The position numbers were made by a program, and so were the translations under genes. The notes under the pieces are model-generated. The model was not told the DNA's origin. It searched no databases and was given only the letters and a program-made list of their open reading frames with translations. DNA of 64,000 nucleotides, taken from the NCBI RefSeq assembly GCF_964213995.1, contig NC_135806.1, positions 93,186,001 through 93,250,000 of the forward strand. Direction: 5' to 3'. Shown in pieces: positions 62,965 to 64,000 of the stretch (position 1 is the stretch's first letter; every line of letters begins with the position of its first letter). This DNA comes from Mustelus asterias (lineage: Eukaryota).

Positions 62965-63722
62965 GCGTCTTTTGTGAGGCCGAGCCTGGAACATTATACG
63001 TAGGTTTGGTCTCCTTATCTGAGGAAGGATGTTCTTGCTATAGAGGGAGTGCAGCGATGATTTACCAGGTCGACTCCTGGGATGATAGGACTGATGGATG
63101 AGGAGAGATTGTGGCGGTTAGGATTGTATTCCCTGGAGTTCAGGAGAACAAGTGGAGGGGTCTGAAAGCAGTTGAGGTCAAAACATTGTATGTTTTCAAG
63201 ACAAGTTAGGTGTAGCTCTTGCGGCTAAGGGATCAAAGGATATGGTGGGGGGTGGGGGGGGGTGGGCGGGGAGAAGCAGGAACAGGTTACTGAGTTCATA
63301 GAATCCCTGCAGTACAGGAGGAGGCCATTCAGCCCATCAAGTCTGCACTGACTCTCTGACAGATCACCTTAGCCAGGCCCATCACCTGCACTATCCCCAC
63401 ATTTTCCACATGAATCCCCCTAACCTACACATCTTGGAACACTAAGGGACAATTTAGCATGGCCAATCCACCTAACCTGCTCATCTTTGAATTGTGGGAG
63501 GAAACCAGAGCACTCAGAGGAAACCCCCCATGCAGACATGGGGAGAATGTGCAAACTCCACACAGTCACCCAAGGCTGGAATCGAGCCCAGGTCCCTGGC
63601 GCTGTGAGGCAGCAGTGCGAACCACTGTGCCACCGTAGATGATTAGCTGTGATCATAACAAATGGCGGGGAAAGCTCGAAGGACTGAATGGCTTACTCCT
63701 GCTTCTATTTCCTATGCTTCAA
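62965..63722 (+). mobile_element. CR1 3' fragment split by a SINE
   Basis: Degenerate VRPSLEHY..VWSPYLRKDVLAIEGVQR.FTR. The 3' UTR resumes at 63637. Confidence 0.75.
63296..63636 (-). mobile_element. V-SINE (HE1-like)
   Basis: Minus strand has CGGTGGCACAGTGG, GGCTCGATTCC, a V-domain and a CR1-type tail. Confidence 0.88.
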
Positions 63723-64000
63723 TATTTCTATCCTCAATTTTGAGGGACTGCCTAAAATGAGGATAAAGGTGAGAGCAGAGAGTAACAAGGGCATGCAAAA
63801 TTTGAGGGGGGGAAATAATATATGATCCTCCCCAATACATTTTCCATTTAGCACTGAAAGGCTATCAACCCGATTTCAAAACATAAGGTATACCAACTTG
63901 CAAAAAAAGTGTCCTTTATGAGGATCCAAAATTATCCCAATCAGAGTCCCACACAAAGTGAAATAATTCAGTTCAACTATAAAGACAATTATTACCTTAG

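Noticed and set aside
37240-63636. tRNA genes at A/B-box sequences
   Set aside because: They are SINE heads followed by V-domain and LINE-derived tails, with no full cloverleaf.
54800-64000. 3' exons of the expected neighbour gene (LNPEP in mammals)
   Set aside because: No aminopeptidase-like translation was recognised on either strand.

Overview
Vertebrate genomic DNA, most likely a shark or other cartilaginous fish. This is inferred from the repeat families (V-SINE/HE1-like, DeuSINE-like, CR1, Rex1, Penelope, Harbinger). The only host gene I recognise is LIX1 (+ strand). Coding exons 3-6 lie at 21145-21285, 24582-24677, 26264-26341 and 27139-27441, all with GT-AG sites and a continuous frame. 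Exons 1-2 were not found and probably lie upstream of the window. The rest is mostly nested transposon debris. Four things stand out. (1) A full-length 4.74-kb Mag-like Ty3/Gypsy element (56800-61540) has no tRNA primer-binding site; a 13-nt stretch at the PBS position is complementary to its own LTR, suggesting self-priming, and its RT motif is YLDN. (2) Penelope-like elements of two families carry minimal hammerhead-ribozyme motifs, including tiny ribozyme-plus-tail insertions with long target duplications. (3) Two locally templated insertions are bounded by inverted repeats: a perfect 105-bp inverted copy around the last LIX1 exon, and a 497-bp mosaic at 50084-50580. (4) Two CR1 insertions in opposite orientation are 5'-truncated at the same RT position. 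All family assignments come from motif recognition by eye, no database search was run, and the boundaries of old repeats are approximate.
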